Shown here piece after piece: positions 19,325 through 32,872 of a stretch of 64,000 nt of DNA (the stretch's first letter is position 1; each line of letters starts with the position of its first letter). The stretch comes from Alphaproteobacteria bacterium (GTDB lineage: Bacteria > Pseudomonadota > Alphaproteobacteria > JBFXJJ01). A program made the translations under genes and the position numbers. The notes under the pieces are model-generated. The model saw only the letters and a list, made by a program, of their open reading frames with translations. It searched no databases and was not told where the DNA came from. The stretch lies in contig JBFXJJ010000006.1 in assembly GCA_050175015.1 (NCBI GenBank), positions 85,716 to 149,715 on the forward strand, read 5' to 3'.

Positions 19325-20687
19325 ATGGCAACGAATTATAAAAAAAGTATTTTTATTAAAATATTATTTTTAACTTTATGGGGGCTTGTTTCTTTCAGCT
19401 CTGGGGCTTTAGCTGAAATTTATGTAAAGGGAGAAACTTTCGTTTTAGACAACGGCTTAACTGTTGCCGTAATACCACAAAAAAGAGCTCCAATCATTAA
19501 TCATATGATATGGTATAACGTCGGTTCTAACGATGAAATATCAGGAAAATCAGGACTCGCCCATTTTAACGAGCATTTAATGTTCAGGGGTTCGCAAAAA
19601 ATTCCTGATGGCGATTTTTCCAAAATTATAGCTTTAAACGGCGGCGAAGATAATGCCTTTACTTACCGCAACTATACCGCCTATCACCAAACTATTGCCT
19701 CTAACCGTTTGGATTTAGTTATGGCAATGGAAGCTGACCGTATGGAAGCTTTAAACCTTTCTCAAGATGTTTTTGATGCTGAACATAAGGTTATTATTGA
19801 AGAGCGTTTGACTAGGTATGAAAACAATCCTTCGGCTCTCCTTAATGAACGTATGATGGCGGCCTTATGGTATAACAATAACCTTGGGATATCGGTTATT
19901 GGCACTATGGAAGATATAAAAAATCTAGAGTTAAACGATGTTAATAACTTTCATCAAACGTGGTATGCCCCAAACAATGCTTATGTTGTAATCGCGGGAG
20001 ATGTTGATTTAGAAGAGGCTAAAAAACTTGCCATAAAAAACTATGGTTCATTAAAACCCAAAGTACTTCCAAAGAAAAAAAACTATCCTATGCCTCCAAG
20101 TAACCTAGATATAAAAATAACTCTGCCTCATAGTTTAGTTTTACAAAAATCGCTATTAAAGTATTACGCTGTACCGCCAGAGACAAAAGATAATGAAACG
20201 TTTATCTTATCTTTAGATTTATTATCAGAAATTTTAGGAAACCCTTCGGTTGGAAAACTTTATCGCAATCTTGTCGAAAATAATAAAAAAGCAACCGCTG
20301 TTGGCTGCTCATACAGTTTTATGACAAACTATCCTTCAGTTTTCAGTTTCTACGGCTATCCAAGAGATAACAAAGACAGCCTTTCGCAGCTAGGAAAAGA
20401 TATTGAAAATGAAATAAAAAATATTGCAAGCGGCAATTTAACTGAACAAGATGTTAACCTAGCTCAAGAACGAATTATCGCTAATATGGTCTATTTAGAA
20501 GATTCACCCAATACATTAGCAAATCTTGTGGGTGAAATGCTCGTTTCTGGAAGAAAGCTTGATGACATTAATAAATATCCTGATAAAATAAAAAAAATAA
20601 CCGCTCAAGATATAATAGACGCAGCTTCCTTCTTAACAAATAAAACAGCAAAAATTACAGGTTACTTAATTCCTCTCGAGAAAACAG

Positions 20688-20704
<17 letters not shown>
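19325..20704 (+). CDS. M16 family zinc peptidase (catalytic subunit)
   Basis: LDNGL, GLAHFNEHLMF (HxxEH), NAFT, EADRM, WYAPNNA. Confidence 0.92.
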
Positions 20705-23715
<3,011 letters not shown>

Positions 23716-23716
<1 letters not shown>

Positions 23717-25587
23717 TGCCTATAAGAATTTTATCTCAAAATCTTATCAATCAGATAGCCGCAGGAGAAGTTGTTGAACGCCCGCATTCTGTAGTCAAAG
23801 AGCTTGTTGAAAATGCCCTTGATGCTGGCGCTAAAAGAATAGATATTTCTTTAGCTGATGGCGGTAAATCTCTGATTACGATTGATGATGACGGGATAGG
23901 TATGGCAGCCGAAGAGCTGTTTTTAGCCGTTGAAAGGCACGCAACCTCTAAACTTGATGATGAAAATCTTTTTGCGATAAAAACCTTAGGCTTCAGAGGT
24001 GAAGCCCTGCCCTCAATCGGCTCTGTGGCACGGCTGGAAATAACCACCCGCAGTCAATCATCAGACAATGGTTATAAGATAAGTGTTGAAGGCGGACTTA
24101 AAAGCGATGTCAGTCCTGCTTCACGCAATAAAGGGACAAGAGTTGAAGTTCGAGACTTATTTTATGCAACTCCTGCAAGATTAAAATTTTTAAAAACAAG
24201 CCAGACCGAAACCAGATATACCGTTGAGATTGTCAACAGCCTTGCTTTAGCCCAACCTACGGTTTCTTTTTCTTTAAGTGATGAGAAACGTAAAAAAATT
24301 AATTTGCCCGCTCAAAAAGATTATTCTCTTCAATCCATTGCCACAAGAGCTGCCGAAATTATAGGATCTGACTTTGCAACCAATTCTGTCCCTGTGAACT
24401 CAGAAGGTGAAACAATAAGCATCAGAGGCTATTGCTCGCTTCCAACCTTTACAGCCAGCAGTCCACAAAATCAATTCATCTTCGTTAATAACCGAGCCGT
24501 AAAAGACAAAATATTAACGTCTGCTCTCAGAGCCGCCTATCAGGATCTTGCTCCCCACGGACGCTATCCTCAAGTAGTGATTTTTATTGATGTGGCACCT
24601 TCTGAAGTTGATGTTAATGTTCACCCTGCCAAAACTGAAGTAAGATTCAGAGATGCGGGAAGCATTAGAGGCGCCTTAATTGCATCAATACGTGCCTCTT
24701 TAAGCGAAGCGGGGCATAAAACATCTTCGGCTTTCACTATTCCACAAAGAAATTCTAGCTTCTCTTATCAATCTCAGCCGCAAAATAGGAATCTTACTCA
24801 AAACTATTTGGGCAATTCTTATAATAGCTATGAGAAAAAACCGAATAACCAATCAAGTTTTAACTACTTCGAAAAAGCAAGAGAAGCACAAGCCCCGCTT
24901 GAAAATAATAATCAATCATTCCAACTTGATGAAAACTCTTATCTTAATTCTGAATATGGAAATAAGGAACAAACAAGGGAATATGAAGGCTTAAATCCAG
25001 AATATGACCTGCCTTTAGGCTGTGCGATATGTCAAATTGCCAATACGTATATTGTTGCTAAAAACGCCAATGGAATTGTAGTAATTGACCAGCACGCTGC
25101 CCACGAAAGACTTGTATTTGAAAAAATCAAAGCCAATCTTTTAACAAACACTCCTTCAAGCCAGCAATTACTGCTTCCTGAAGTTGTCGAAATGGAAAGT
25201 TCTTTATGTGAGATTCTTTGCAGCAAAAGCGAAAACCTTGCAAAAATAGGACTAGTTTTGGAAAGCTTTGGCGATGATGCAGTAATAGTTAGAGCAACCC
25301 CTTCTATTTTAAAAAAATGTGATTTAAAAAGCCTTATCATTGATTTAGCAAACGAATTTTCTGAATGGGATAAAAGTTTTACAATCGAAGATAAACTTTC
25401 TAATATTTGTGCGACATTTGCCTGCCACTCATCAATAAGAGCAGGACGCAAGCTTAATATTGAAGAAATGAATGCCCTTCTAAGACAAATGGAAAGCACG
25501 CCTTTTTCTGCTCAATGCGGACACGGTCGTCCTACAAGTATTGAACTTGGAATCAAGGAATTAGAAAAATTATTTGGAAGAACGTAG
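23716..25587 (+). CDS. mutL: DNA mismatch repair endonuclease MutL
   Basis: NQIAAGEVVERP, HATSK, GFRGEAL, DVNVHPAK, DQHAAHER, CGHGRP. Confidence 0.97.
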
Positions 25588-25655
25588 CAATAAAAATTAT
25601 CTTTTAAAAACTAAAACACCACACTTGATACCAAACAATTAAATTAGAACAAAAA

Positions 25656-26075
25656 ATGCATCAAAAACAAGACACTTTCAGTATTCAAACAAAAGGCTTA
25701 GGCTTTTTAGACATCACCAAAGATATTAGAAATTGGGTAAGACAAAGCGGAATAAAAAGCGGGATTTTAACCTTATTTGTAAAACATACTTCGGCAGGAA
25801 TTACCATTCAAGAAAACTACGATCCTGACGTTATGATGGATTTGAATAGCTTTTTTGAAAAAATATCGCCTCAAGATGCATCTCTTTACCGCCACTATAT
25901 GGAAGGGGCTGATGATATGCCTGCCCATATCCGCTCATCTTTGGTGGGCGTTTCTCTAAATATTCCAGTGTGTAATGGCGATTTATGTACAGGAACTTGG
26001 CAAGGAATATATCTTTGCGAATTTAGAAAAGACCCTCATATCCGAAACGTCGTTCTTCATCTTATCGGCGAATGA
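25656..26075 (+). CDS. yjbQ: YjbQ / UPF0047 family protein
   Basis: HTSA..IQENYDPDV..D, DDMPAHIR, GTWQGIYLCE. Confidence 0.9.
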   Translation: MHQKQDTFSIQTKGLGFLDITKDIRNWVRQSGIKSGILTLFVKHTSAGITIQENYDPDVMMDLNSFFEKISPQDASLYRHYMEGADDMPAHIRSSLVGVSLNIPVCNGDLCTGTWQGIYLCEFRKDPHIRNVVLHLIGE

Positions 26076-26167
26076 TTTATCAATTTAAGAAGGCATATCT
26101 TAAGCTGCAATAAACATTCTTTATATATAACCAAAATATAATCTTAATTTTTAAAACCATATAAAAC

Positions 26168-26193
26168 AAGGGCAGAGATTACTCCCCGCCCTT
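26168..26193. terminator. Weak hairpin between convergent genes
   Basis: aagggc...gccctt stem between yjbQ and the opposite-strand ORF; T-rich tail on the minus strand. Confidence 0.4.
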
Positions 26194-26225
26194 ACTTTAA
26201 GATTTTAAGCACTATAGTTAAAACA

Positions 26226-26852
26226 TTATGGCATAAACTCTGAGGGTTCAAAACCTTCAGTGTCATTGCTTTCTTCCGAAAATTCTTCCGTATTATCTCT
26301 ATTAATTTCTACCTGCATAGGAACTTCTGTTTCAGGCTCAGCTTCATTAACCATAGGTTCTGCATTTTCATCAGGCAAAACAAGCAAACTGTTTTCACCG
26401 CCAGACTTTCCTTGTTCAATCATACTAGCGGCTTTAGCCTTAACCGCTGCCCGCTTACTGCTGACAGAAGCATAAGCTCCAAAATAAATTAAAACGACAA
26501 CAAAAGCCATTGCTACCAAAAACACTTTCCACAAAAGGTCATCTTGTTTTGTTTTCTTAGCCGTAATTTCTGCAATTTCATCTTCGGTAGATGCTGGATT
26601 ATTTTTATCCAAAACAACCATTACTTTGTCTGCTTTAGAATTACACCAATATGCCCAAAAGATATTAAATAAACCAAAGGTAATAATGAGAATTAAACAA
26701 TGTTCAAAGAAACTTCCAAAAGCTCTCTTCTTTAGAAGAACAGATGCATCATTTTTTTTCTTAATCCGGTATTTTTTAGAAGTGAGACTTTCTATAACTT
26801 TTTTATAGTCAGCTTCCGTGTTTAAAGAAATTGTTTTAATATTTTCAGCCAT
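26226..26852 (-). CDS. Hypothetical membrane protein with an acidic C-terminal tail
   Basis: Two hydrophobic segments and an E-rich tail; likely start MAENIKTI at 26852 (the track starts at 26924). Confidence 0.7.
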   Translation of the reverse strand: MAENIKTISLNTEADYKKVIESLTSKKYRIKKKNDASVLLKKRAFGSFFEHCLILIITFGLFNIFWAYWCNSKADKVMVVLDKNNPASTEDEIAEITAKKTKQDDLLWKVFLVAMAFVVVLIYFGAYASVSSKRAAVKAKAASMIEQGKSGGENSLLVLPDENAEPMVNEAEPETEVPMQVEINRDNTEEFSEESNDTEGFEPSEFMP

Positions 26853-26984
26853 GGAGATAAAACCCTTTATAGGAAAAATAAAATAAGATATTTTTAGATT
26901 ATAAAAACAAACATTAAGCGTCAAATAAAATACAAAATATTTACAATATTAATTCATAAATTATAAAAACTTATAAAAAATCAA

Positions 26985-27962
26985 ATGTTCAAAAAATTAC
27001 TTATTTTTACAGCCTTAATTTTTTTAACCTTTTCGAGCTATGCTTTTGCTCAAAACCGTCCTTTATTAAATTTTATAAAAAATAAACTTGCTGCCAAAAA
27101 TTCTTCGAACATTGAAAAAATCGCTCAAAACAAACACCGCATTGTTATAAATGGAATTAAAAGAAGCTATTATCTGTTTACACCATCTAATTATAGCTCT
27201 CAAAAAATATATCCTGTAATCTTTGCTTTTCACGGTGGCGGCGGAAACGCTTATAACATCTTAAATATGACGAATTTTAAAAGTTATATTGATGATTATG
27301 ATTTTATCCTAATTGCACCTAATGGTTCAGGAAATAATTCTAATGAAATGCTTTTAACTTGGAATGCTGGGAACTGCTGTGGTTATGCATTAGAACAATC
27401 TGTAAATGAAGCCGATTTCATTAATGCTATTATCGAGCAAAGCGCCAAAGATTACAGCATAAATCGCAATCAAATCTTTTTAACTGGAATGTCTAATGGC
27501 GCAATGCTAAGCCACCGCCTTGCCTGCGAGCTATCTGATAAGATAGCGGGAATAGCAACTGTATCTGGCGCTATGAATTTCGAGCAATGCTCTCCATCAA
27601 AACCAATAAAAGCCATTATTTTTAATGGCAAAAAAGATGAACATGTCCGTTATGACGGGGGCGTTCCATCAAAAAATATGGATAAAAGAAATCCCAGAAT
27701 AGACAATCCTGTATTTTATGCCGTTAATTTTTGGGTCAATAATAATCATTGTTCTCCCAAGCCACACCAAGAAACGTTTGGAAATATCATAATTGATAAA
27801 TACTTAGATTGTAATGACAACCAAGATGTTACTCTTTATACTATTGTTGATGGAAAACACGCCTGGCCTGGCGGCGAGAAAGGTTCTTTCTTAGGTGATG
27901 AACCAACCAATGAAATAAACGCAACCCAGATTATTCTAAACAGTTTTATACCTAAACAATAA
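26985..27962 (+). CDS. Exported alpha/beta-hydrolase (LpqP / PHB-depolymerase-like esterase)
   Basis: Signal peptide, FHGGGG, WNAGNCCG, GMSNG nucleophile elbow, HAWPGG. Confidence 0.85.
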   Translation: MFKKLLIFTALIFLTFSSYAFAQNRPLLNFIKNKLAAKNSSNIEKIAQNKHRIVINGIKRSYYLFTPSNYSSQKIYPVIFAFHGGGGNAYNILNMTNFKSYIDDYDFILIAPNGSGNNSNEMLLTWNAGNCCGYALEQSVNEADFINAIIEQSAKDYSINRNQIFLTGMSNGAMLSHRLACELSDKIAGIATVSGAMNFEQCSPSKPIKAIIFNGKKDEHVRYDGGVPSKNMDKRNPRIDNPVFYAVNFWVNNNHCSPKPHQETFGNIIIDKYLDCNDNQDVTLYTIVDGKHAWPGGEKGSFLGDEPTNEINATQIILNSFIPKQ

Positions 27963-27984
27963 AAATATTTTAAGGATAACAAAA

Positions 27985-28476
27985 ATGGATTATCAAATTG
28001 TTCCTCTTGAAGAAAAGCATATCAAAGAATTTAACGCTGCAGTTGGAGTTGTCGCTAGAGAAAAAAAATATTTGATTTTTATTGATACTCCAACAATTGA
28101 AAGCACTAAAGCCTTTGTTAAAGAAAGCATAAAACAAGACTTTCCTCATTTTGTAGTTATCGTTGATAACAAACTTGTTGGCTGGTGTGACATTTGCTTA
28201 TCTAATAAAGGCGGCGATAATCACGTCGGAGTTTTAGGGATTGGCTTGCTTCCTGATTTCAGAAGTCAAGGAATTGGTGAAAAACTTATGAGAAAAACCA
28301 TTGAAAAAGGCAAAGAAAAAGGACTTACTCGAATCGAACTTGGAGTCAGAGAAGGAAATGAAAGAGCTTTCAAACTCTATAAAAAGTTAGGATTTGAAAT
28401 TGAAGGGGTTGCAAGGAACTCAATATTAATTGACGGCAAATATGAAAACACAATCAAAATGGCTCTTCTTTTTTAA
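27985..28476 (+). CDS. GNAT N-acetyltransferase
   Basis: FRSQGIGEKL, N.RA..LY.KLGF.IEG. Confidence 0.9.
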   Translation: MDYQIVPLEEKHIKEFNAAVGVVAREKKYLIFIDTPTIESTKAFVKESIKQDFPHFVVIVDNKLVGWCDICLSNKGGDNHVGVLGIGLLPDFRSQGIGEKLMRKTIEKGKEKGLTRIELGVREGNERAFKLYKKLGFEIEGVARNSILIDGKYENTIKMALLF

Positions 28477-28555
28477 TTTTTCAAGTACTTAAAGATTATA
28501 GAATTAAAGAAATACTGGTTTCAATATTGTTAAAATAGTATTACAATGCACACGT

Positions 28556-28579
28556 ATTTGTTGCAAAACCGCAACAAAT
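28556..28579. promoter_or_regulatory. Perfect 9-bp inverted repeat upstream of hemerythrin (candidate operator or hairpin)
   Basis: atttgttgc-aaaacc-gcaacaaat, about 60 nt before the hemerythrin ATG, with no poly-T tail. Confidence 0.35.
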
Positions 28580-28642
28580 GTGATAAATTATTCTAATAAC
28601 TTTAATGATAAATAATAATAACAATAATTAGAGGACAAAAAA

Positions 28643-29071
28643 ATGCCTGTACTTTGGAGAAATGACTTAAGTGTTGGCTGCAAAGATATTGATAACGACC
28701 ATAAAAATTGGCTTAATGTAGTCAATGTTGTATCAATGGGAGTTGATTCTGGAGATGTTAAGTTAGTAAAAAAAGCTATGGATGATGCTGTTGAATATTC
28801 TAGGCAGCATTTTTATCGTGAAGAAAAACTAATGAAAAACATCAGTTACCCGTATTATGAAGAACACTTTGAAATTCATTCAACTTTTATTGAAAAAATA
28901 AATGATTTTCAAACAGATATGAATATGAATATGGATTATCACCCTGAAGAAGCTATGAAAATAGGTAAAAAGTTCGCAACTTTTACTAGGAACTGGCTTT
29001 TGAGTCACATAAAAAATGAAGACAGCAAAATCAGTCCTTTCATTAATAACAAATGTGATAATCTCGATTAA
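28643..29071 (+). CDS. Bacteriohemerythrin
   Basis: W...LSVG..ID.DH, HF..EE.LM, YP...H...H, WL..HI..ED: a full di-iron ligand set. Confidence 0.92.
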   Translation: MPVLWRNDLSVGCKDIDNDHKNWLNVVNVVSMGVDSGDVKLVKKAMDDAVEYSRQHFYREEKLMKNISYPYYEEHFEIHSTFIEKINDFQTDMNMNMDYHPEEAMKIGKKFATFTRNWLLSHIKNEDSKISPFINNKCDNLD

Positions 29072-29250
29072 GAATTAATTTACCTGAACCTTAATTTAAG
29101 ATTTTAAAACTATCTCATTATTCAAGATGCATAATGATATCAAATATGCTTTAGTTATTTGTTTTAATAAAACAACAAGAAAGCATCAAGTATATAAATT
29201 TAAACATAAAACATAATTTAATAAAAGCTGCACGCTTGTATTTGAGATAA

Positions 29251-30039
29251 TTATTCTTGCTTGGTTATATTTCGACTATCGCAATATATTTTATAAAGAC
29301 CTTTTAAAGTTATATCTGCGTCATATACATCAAAAACCGTTGTTTCCTCGATAAAAATTGGAGCAAGACCGCCCGTTGCAACAACACGTAAATCATGCCC
29401 ATATTCTTTAATAATCTTGGCAACCAGCCCCTCAACCAAACTTAAATATCCCCAAAAGATACCCGAAGTCATGGCTTCCACAGTGTCTCTGCCAATCACC
29501 TTTTTGGGTTTTTTCACTTCAATATGAGGAAGGAGTGCGGTTCTTTCATAAAGCGCCTCAAGTGAAATATTAATTCCTGCCATAAAGCTGCTTCCAATAA
29601 AATTACCCTCACCGTCAAGTACATCAAATGTTGTTGCGGTTCCAAAGTCAATAACAATCAAATTCCCGCCATATTTAGCATAAGCCCCAGTTAAGTTGCA
29701 TATTAAATCTGCTCCGACTTCTGACGGATTTCCAACTTTTTCTAAACATTTGACAACCGTTTCTTCCTGCCCAACGACAAGAGGCTTAACTCCCAAACAA
29801 TGCGAACAAAAATTTATTATTTCAAAATTTTTGTTAGGCACAACCGAAGATATTATAACGCCATTAATATCTTTAACTCCAAGTTCTCCCTTTTTCAGGT
29901 TTTCATCTAACCACAAGGAATATTCATCAAGATTTTTGCTTACAGCTGTATCTAAACGCCACTTATGTTTAATGATGCCACTGTCATCTATTACCGCAAA
30001 AACCATACTGGTATTGCCAATATCTATTGCAAAAAGCAT
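29251..30039 (-). CDS. coaX: Type III pantothenate kinase
   Basis: AIDIGNT, ISSVVP, VGAD, VIDFGTATTFD, VATGG; start placed at MLFAIDIGNT. Confidence 0.95.
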   Translation of the reverse strand: MLFAIDIGNTSMVFAVIDDSGIIKHKWRLDTAVSKNLDEYSLWLDENLKKGELGVKDINGVIISSVVPNKNFEIINFCSHCLGVKPLVVGQEETVVKCLEKVGNPSEVGADLICNLTGAYAKYGGNLIVIDFGTATTFDVLDGEGNFIGSSFMAGINISLEALYERTALLPHIEVKKPKKVIGRDTVEAMTSGIFWGYLSLVEGLVAKIIKEYGHDLRVVATGGLAPIFIEETTVFDVYDADITLKGLYKIYCDSRNITKQE

Positions 30040-30056
30040 ATCATTATGTCCTAAAA

Positions 30057-31478
30057 TCAACTAAGGCGTTTTTTTAGTTCTTTCGTTGAAACGCCCGTTT
30101 CCATTTCAAAAAATTCAATCTTTTCCAAGTGCTTATTTAACTTCTCATCAGGAAGCTTAGTTTGAATACGAGCAACCGTTCCTTCTGGAACTTTTGAAGC
30201 ATCTATCGTTTTAAAAAGATTTTTATCAATTTTTATCAAAGAGTTTTTATTGGGAGAAACCATCTCACATTCTTTGTCATTAACGGCATCGATAAGTTTA
30301 TCCAAAACTACTTGATGATTGCCCATACCATTGGGCATAACAAACTCAATAACATCGTTTGGTCTTAGTGTATTTTTAACCTCAAACACAATTTGACTAT
30401 CGCTGTTTTCTTTAATCATTCCCGCAAACAGCCACTCACCTAAAGGTGATGTTACGTTATAATCGTGAGCCAGATGCGTTGGTATTCCTCGATGGAACCC
30501 TAAACTGTAACCTCTGGTTTGAACGGTATAAAGCTCTTTCATAAAAGGAATAGGCGAAAAGTCTTCGGGATTATTAAAATAGCTGTCTATTGCTAAGCGA
30601 TAAGCTTTTGCGGTAACCGCTACATAATAAGCACTCTTATTTCTTCCTTCTATTTTCAAGGAATCAAGATTAGCCGATAAAACCTCATCTAAGACAGGAA
30701 GCAGACATAAATCTTTAGCGTTAAAAAGAAAACTGCCATTTTCGTTTTCTTCAACTTCCAAAAACTCTCCTGGTCTGAATTCCTCTTCTACTAAGAAATT
30801 AAATAAATCCCTATTCTTATCATTTATTGGTATTTCTTCAATACTGCCATCTTTAAGTTTTAAATGCAGCTTATAATTCCAGCGGCAGGAATGAGAACAT
30901 ATTCCTTTATTAGCGGAACGATTGGTTAAATAAGATGATATTAAACATCTTCCCGAATGGCTCATACACATTGCGCCGTGAACAAACGCCTCCAACCTAA
31001 CATCAGGGCATTTTTCTCTTATGGTTTTAATTTCATTAATCGAAAGCTCTCGGGCAAGAATACAAAGACTTGCGCCTCTTTTCTGCCACGATTTAACGGT
31101 TAAATATGATGCTATATTAGCCTGTGTCGAAATATGCTTAGGAACATTAGGAGCAAGATCCATTGCCAAATCAAAAACCCCGTTATCCGAAATGATAAAG
31201 CCGTCAGGATTAAGAGTAGCTAACTTAGGAATAGCAACTGCCAGCTTTTCAATATCATCATTGCGGGAAACAACGTTTAAGTTAAGATAAACTTTTTTCC
31301 CTAAACTATGAGCAAATTTTATTCCTTCACTAAGTTCATCAGCTTCAAATTTAGCCTGAGAACGCAAAGAAAAAGCGGAAGAACCTGCATAGATAGCATC
31401 TGCGCCATATAAAAATGCGGTCTTCATTTTTAAATAATCGCCAGCTGGCAACAATAATTCTGGTTTTTTTATCTTCAT
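30057..31478 (-). CDS. U32-family protein, probably tRNA hydroxylase TrhP (YegQ-like)
   Basis: PELLLPAG, YGADAIY, HISTQAN, HGAMCMSHSGRCLIS, C.HSCRW.Y, SLKIEGR.KS.YY. Confidence 0.85.
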   Translation of the reverse strand: MKIKKPELLLPAGDYLKMKTAFLYGADAIYAGSSAFSLRSQAKFEADELSEGIKFAHSLGKKVYLNLNVVSRNDDIEKLAVAIPKLATLNPDGFIISDNGVFDLAMDLAPNVPKHISTQANIASYLTVKSWQKRGASLCILARELSINEIKTIREKCPDVRLEAFVHGAMCMSHSGRCLISSYLTNRSANKGICSHSCRWNYKLHLKLKDGSIEEIPINDKNRDLFNFLVEEEFRPGEFLEVEENENGSFLFNAKDLCLLPVLDEVLSANLDSLKIEGRNKSAYYVAVTAKAYRLAIDSYFNNPEDFSPIPFMKELYTVQTRGYSLGFHRGIPTHLAHDYNVTSPLGEWLFAGMIKENSDSQIVFEVKNTLRPNDVIEFVMPNGMGNHQVVLDKLIDAVNDKECEMVSPNKNSLIKIDKNLFKTIDASKVPEGTVARIQTKLPDEKLNKHLEKIEFFEMETGVSTKELKKRLS

Positions 31479-31554
31479 TTTTCTTACTTTAAAGATTGTA
31501 AATGTTGTTTTAGTTATAATACTATATCAATAAAAATAGAAAGGTTTTTATATA

Positions 31555-32850
31555 ATGAATTTAGTTTTTATCGCCATTGTTTTTTCCGCATTTACCGTAA
31601 CCGCTGTTAAGCAATTTTTATGGATACCATCTGGCTCAGAGCAATCTCCGATGGATATTCTAGGACTGGAAATGATAAATACCGCAGGTTCCGCCGTTAC
31701 CTTGGCTATAGGACTAATCGGTGTTATGTCATTATTCTTAGGAATGATGAAAATTGCCGAAGAAGGAGGTTTATTAAAGATTATTGCAAAACTTCTAAGA
31801 CCTTTGATGATAAAACTTTTTCCTGAAGTCCCATCTAATCACCCCGCAATGGGAGCAATGATTATGAACATTTCGGCAAACGTTTTAGGGCTAGGAAATG
31901 CGGCCACCCCCTTTGGCATAAAAGCTATGCAGGAACTTGATAAGCTCAATCCCGAAAAAGGAACAGCAACGAATGCTATGGCGCTGTTTCTTGCTATAAA
32001 CACCTCAAGTGTAACTCTGCTGCCAACGGGTATTATTGCCCTTAGAGCTGCCGCAGGATCTCACAACCCTGCCGCAATCGTTCCAACCACTCTTTTTGCC
32101 ACCATCTGCTCAACGGCTATCGCTATTATTACGGCGAAACTTTTAGAAAAGAAAAGTAAAAAAAGCTTTGCGACAAACGATGCTAAAAATGTTGCGGCTT
32201 TAGATGACGCCAATTTAAAAAATAACGATGAAAATGATGCTTATCCCTTTTGGGTATCAAGCCTGACGATAATAATTATGATGGCATTGGTGCCTTTAAC
32301 GGTTATTTATGGCAATCACATTGCGCCTTGGATTGTCCCCAGCATTATGGTTTTACTTATGACTTTTGGACTGTGCAAGGGGGTTAAAATTTATGAAACT
32401 TTTGTTGAAGGGGCTAAAGACGGCTTTAATGTTGCCTTAAAAATTATCCCATACCTTGTTGTTATATTAGTTGCGATTGCAATGTTTAGAGTCAGCGGCG
32501 CTTTAGATGCTTTAATTATTCCTCTTGGAAAAATAACCGAACCTTTAGGACTGCCTGCCGAAGCTTTGCCTATGGCTCTAATGCGCCCGTTATCTGGTTC
32601 TGGAGCCTATGGAATTGTCGCAGATATTTTAAACAATCCGCAAATAGGTCCTGACAGCTATGTTGGATATTTAGTCAGTACTTTTCAGGGATCAACAGAA
32701 ACAACCTTTTATGTGCTTGCTCTTTATTTTGGCTCAGTTCAAATCAAAAGAGTCCGCCACGCACTAGCCGCCGCCTTATGTGCTGATTTAGCTGGTGTTA
32801 TTGCCGCAACGGCTGCTTGCTATTTTCTTTTTGGATATTTAATAAAATAA
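31555..32850 (+). CDS. SpmA/SpmB fusion (Gate / nucleoside-recognition domain membrane protein)
   Basis: ANVLGLGNAATPFGIKAM.EL (SpmA half); YETFVEGAKDG, MRPLSGSG, GSTETTFYV..YFG (SpmB half). Confidence 0.9.
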   Translation: MNLVFIAIVFSAFTVTAVKQFLWIPSGSEQSPMDILGLEMINTAGSAVTLAIGLIGVMSLFLGMMKIAEEGGLLKIIAKLLRPLMIKLFPEVPSNHPAMGAMIMNISANVLGLGNAATPFGIKAMQELDKLNPEKGTATNAMALFLAINTSSVTLLPTGIIALRAAAGSHNPAAIVPTTLFATICSTAIAIITAKLLEKKSKKSFATNDAKNVAALDDANLKNNDENDAYPFWVSSLTIIIMMALVPLTVIYGNHIAPWIVPSIMVLLMTFGLCKGVKIYETFVEGAKDGFNVALKIIPYLVVILVAIAMFRVSGALDALIIPLGKITEPLGLPAEALPMALMRPLSGSGAYGIVADILNNPQIGPDSYVGYLVSTFQGSTETTFYVLALYFGSVQIKRVRHALAAALCADLAGVIAATAACYFLFGYLIK

Positions 32851-32872
32851 ATCAATTTTGAAGAAAGGTATA

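Noticed and set aside
24740-25000. N/Q/S-rich stretch in mutL
   Set aside because: Ordinary disordered MutL linker.
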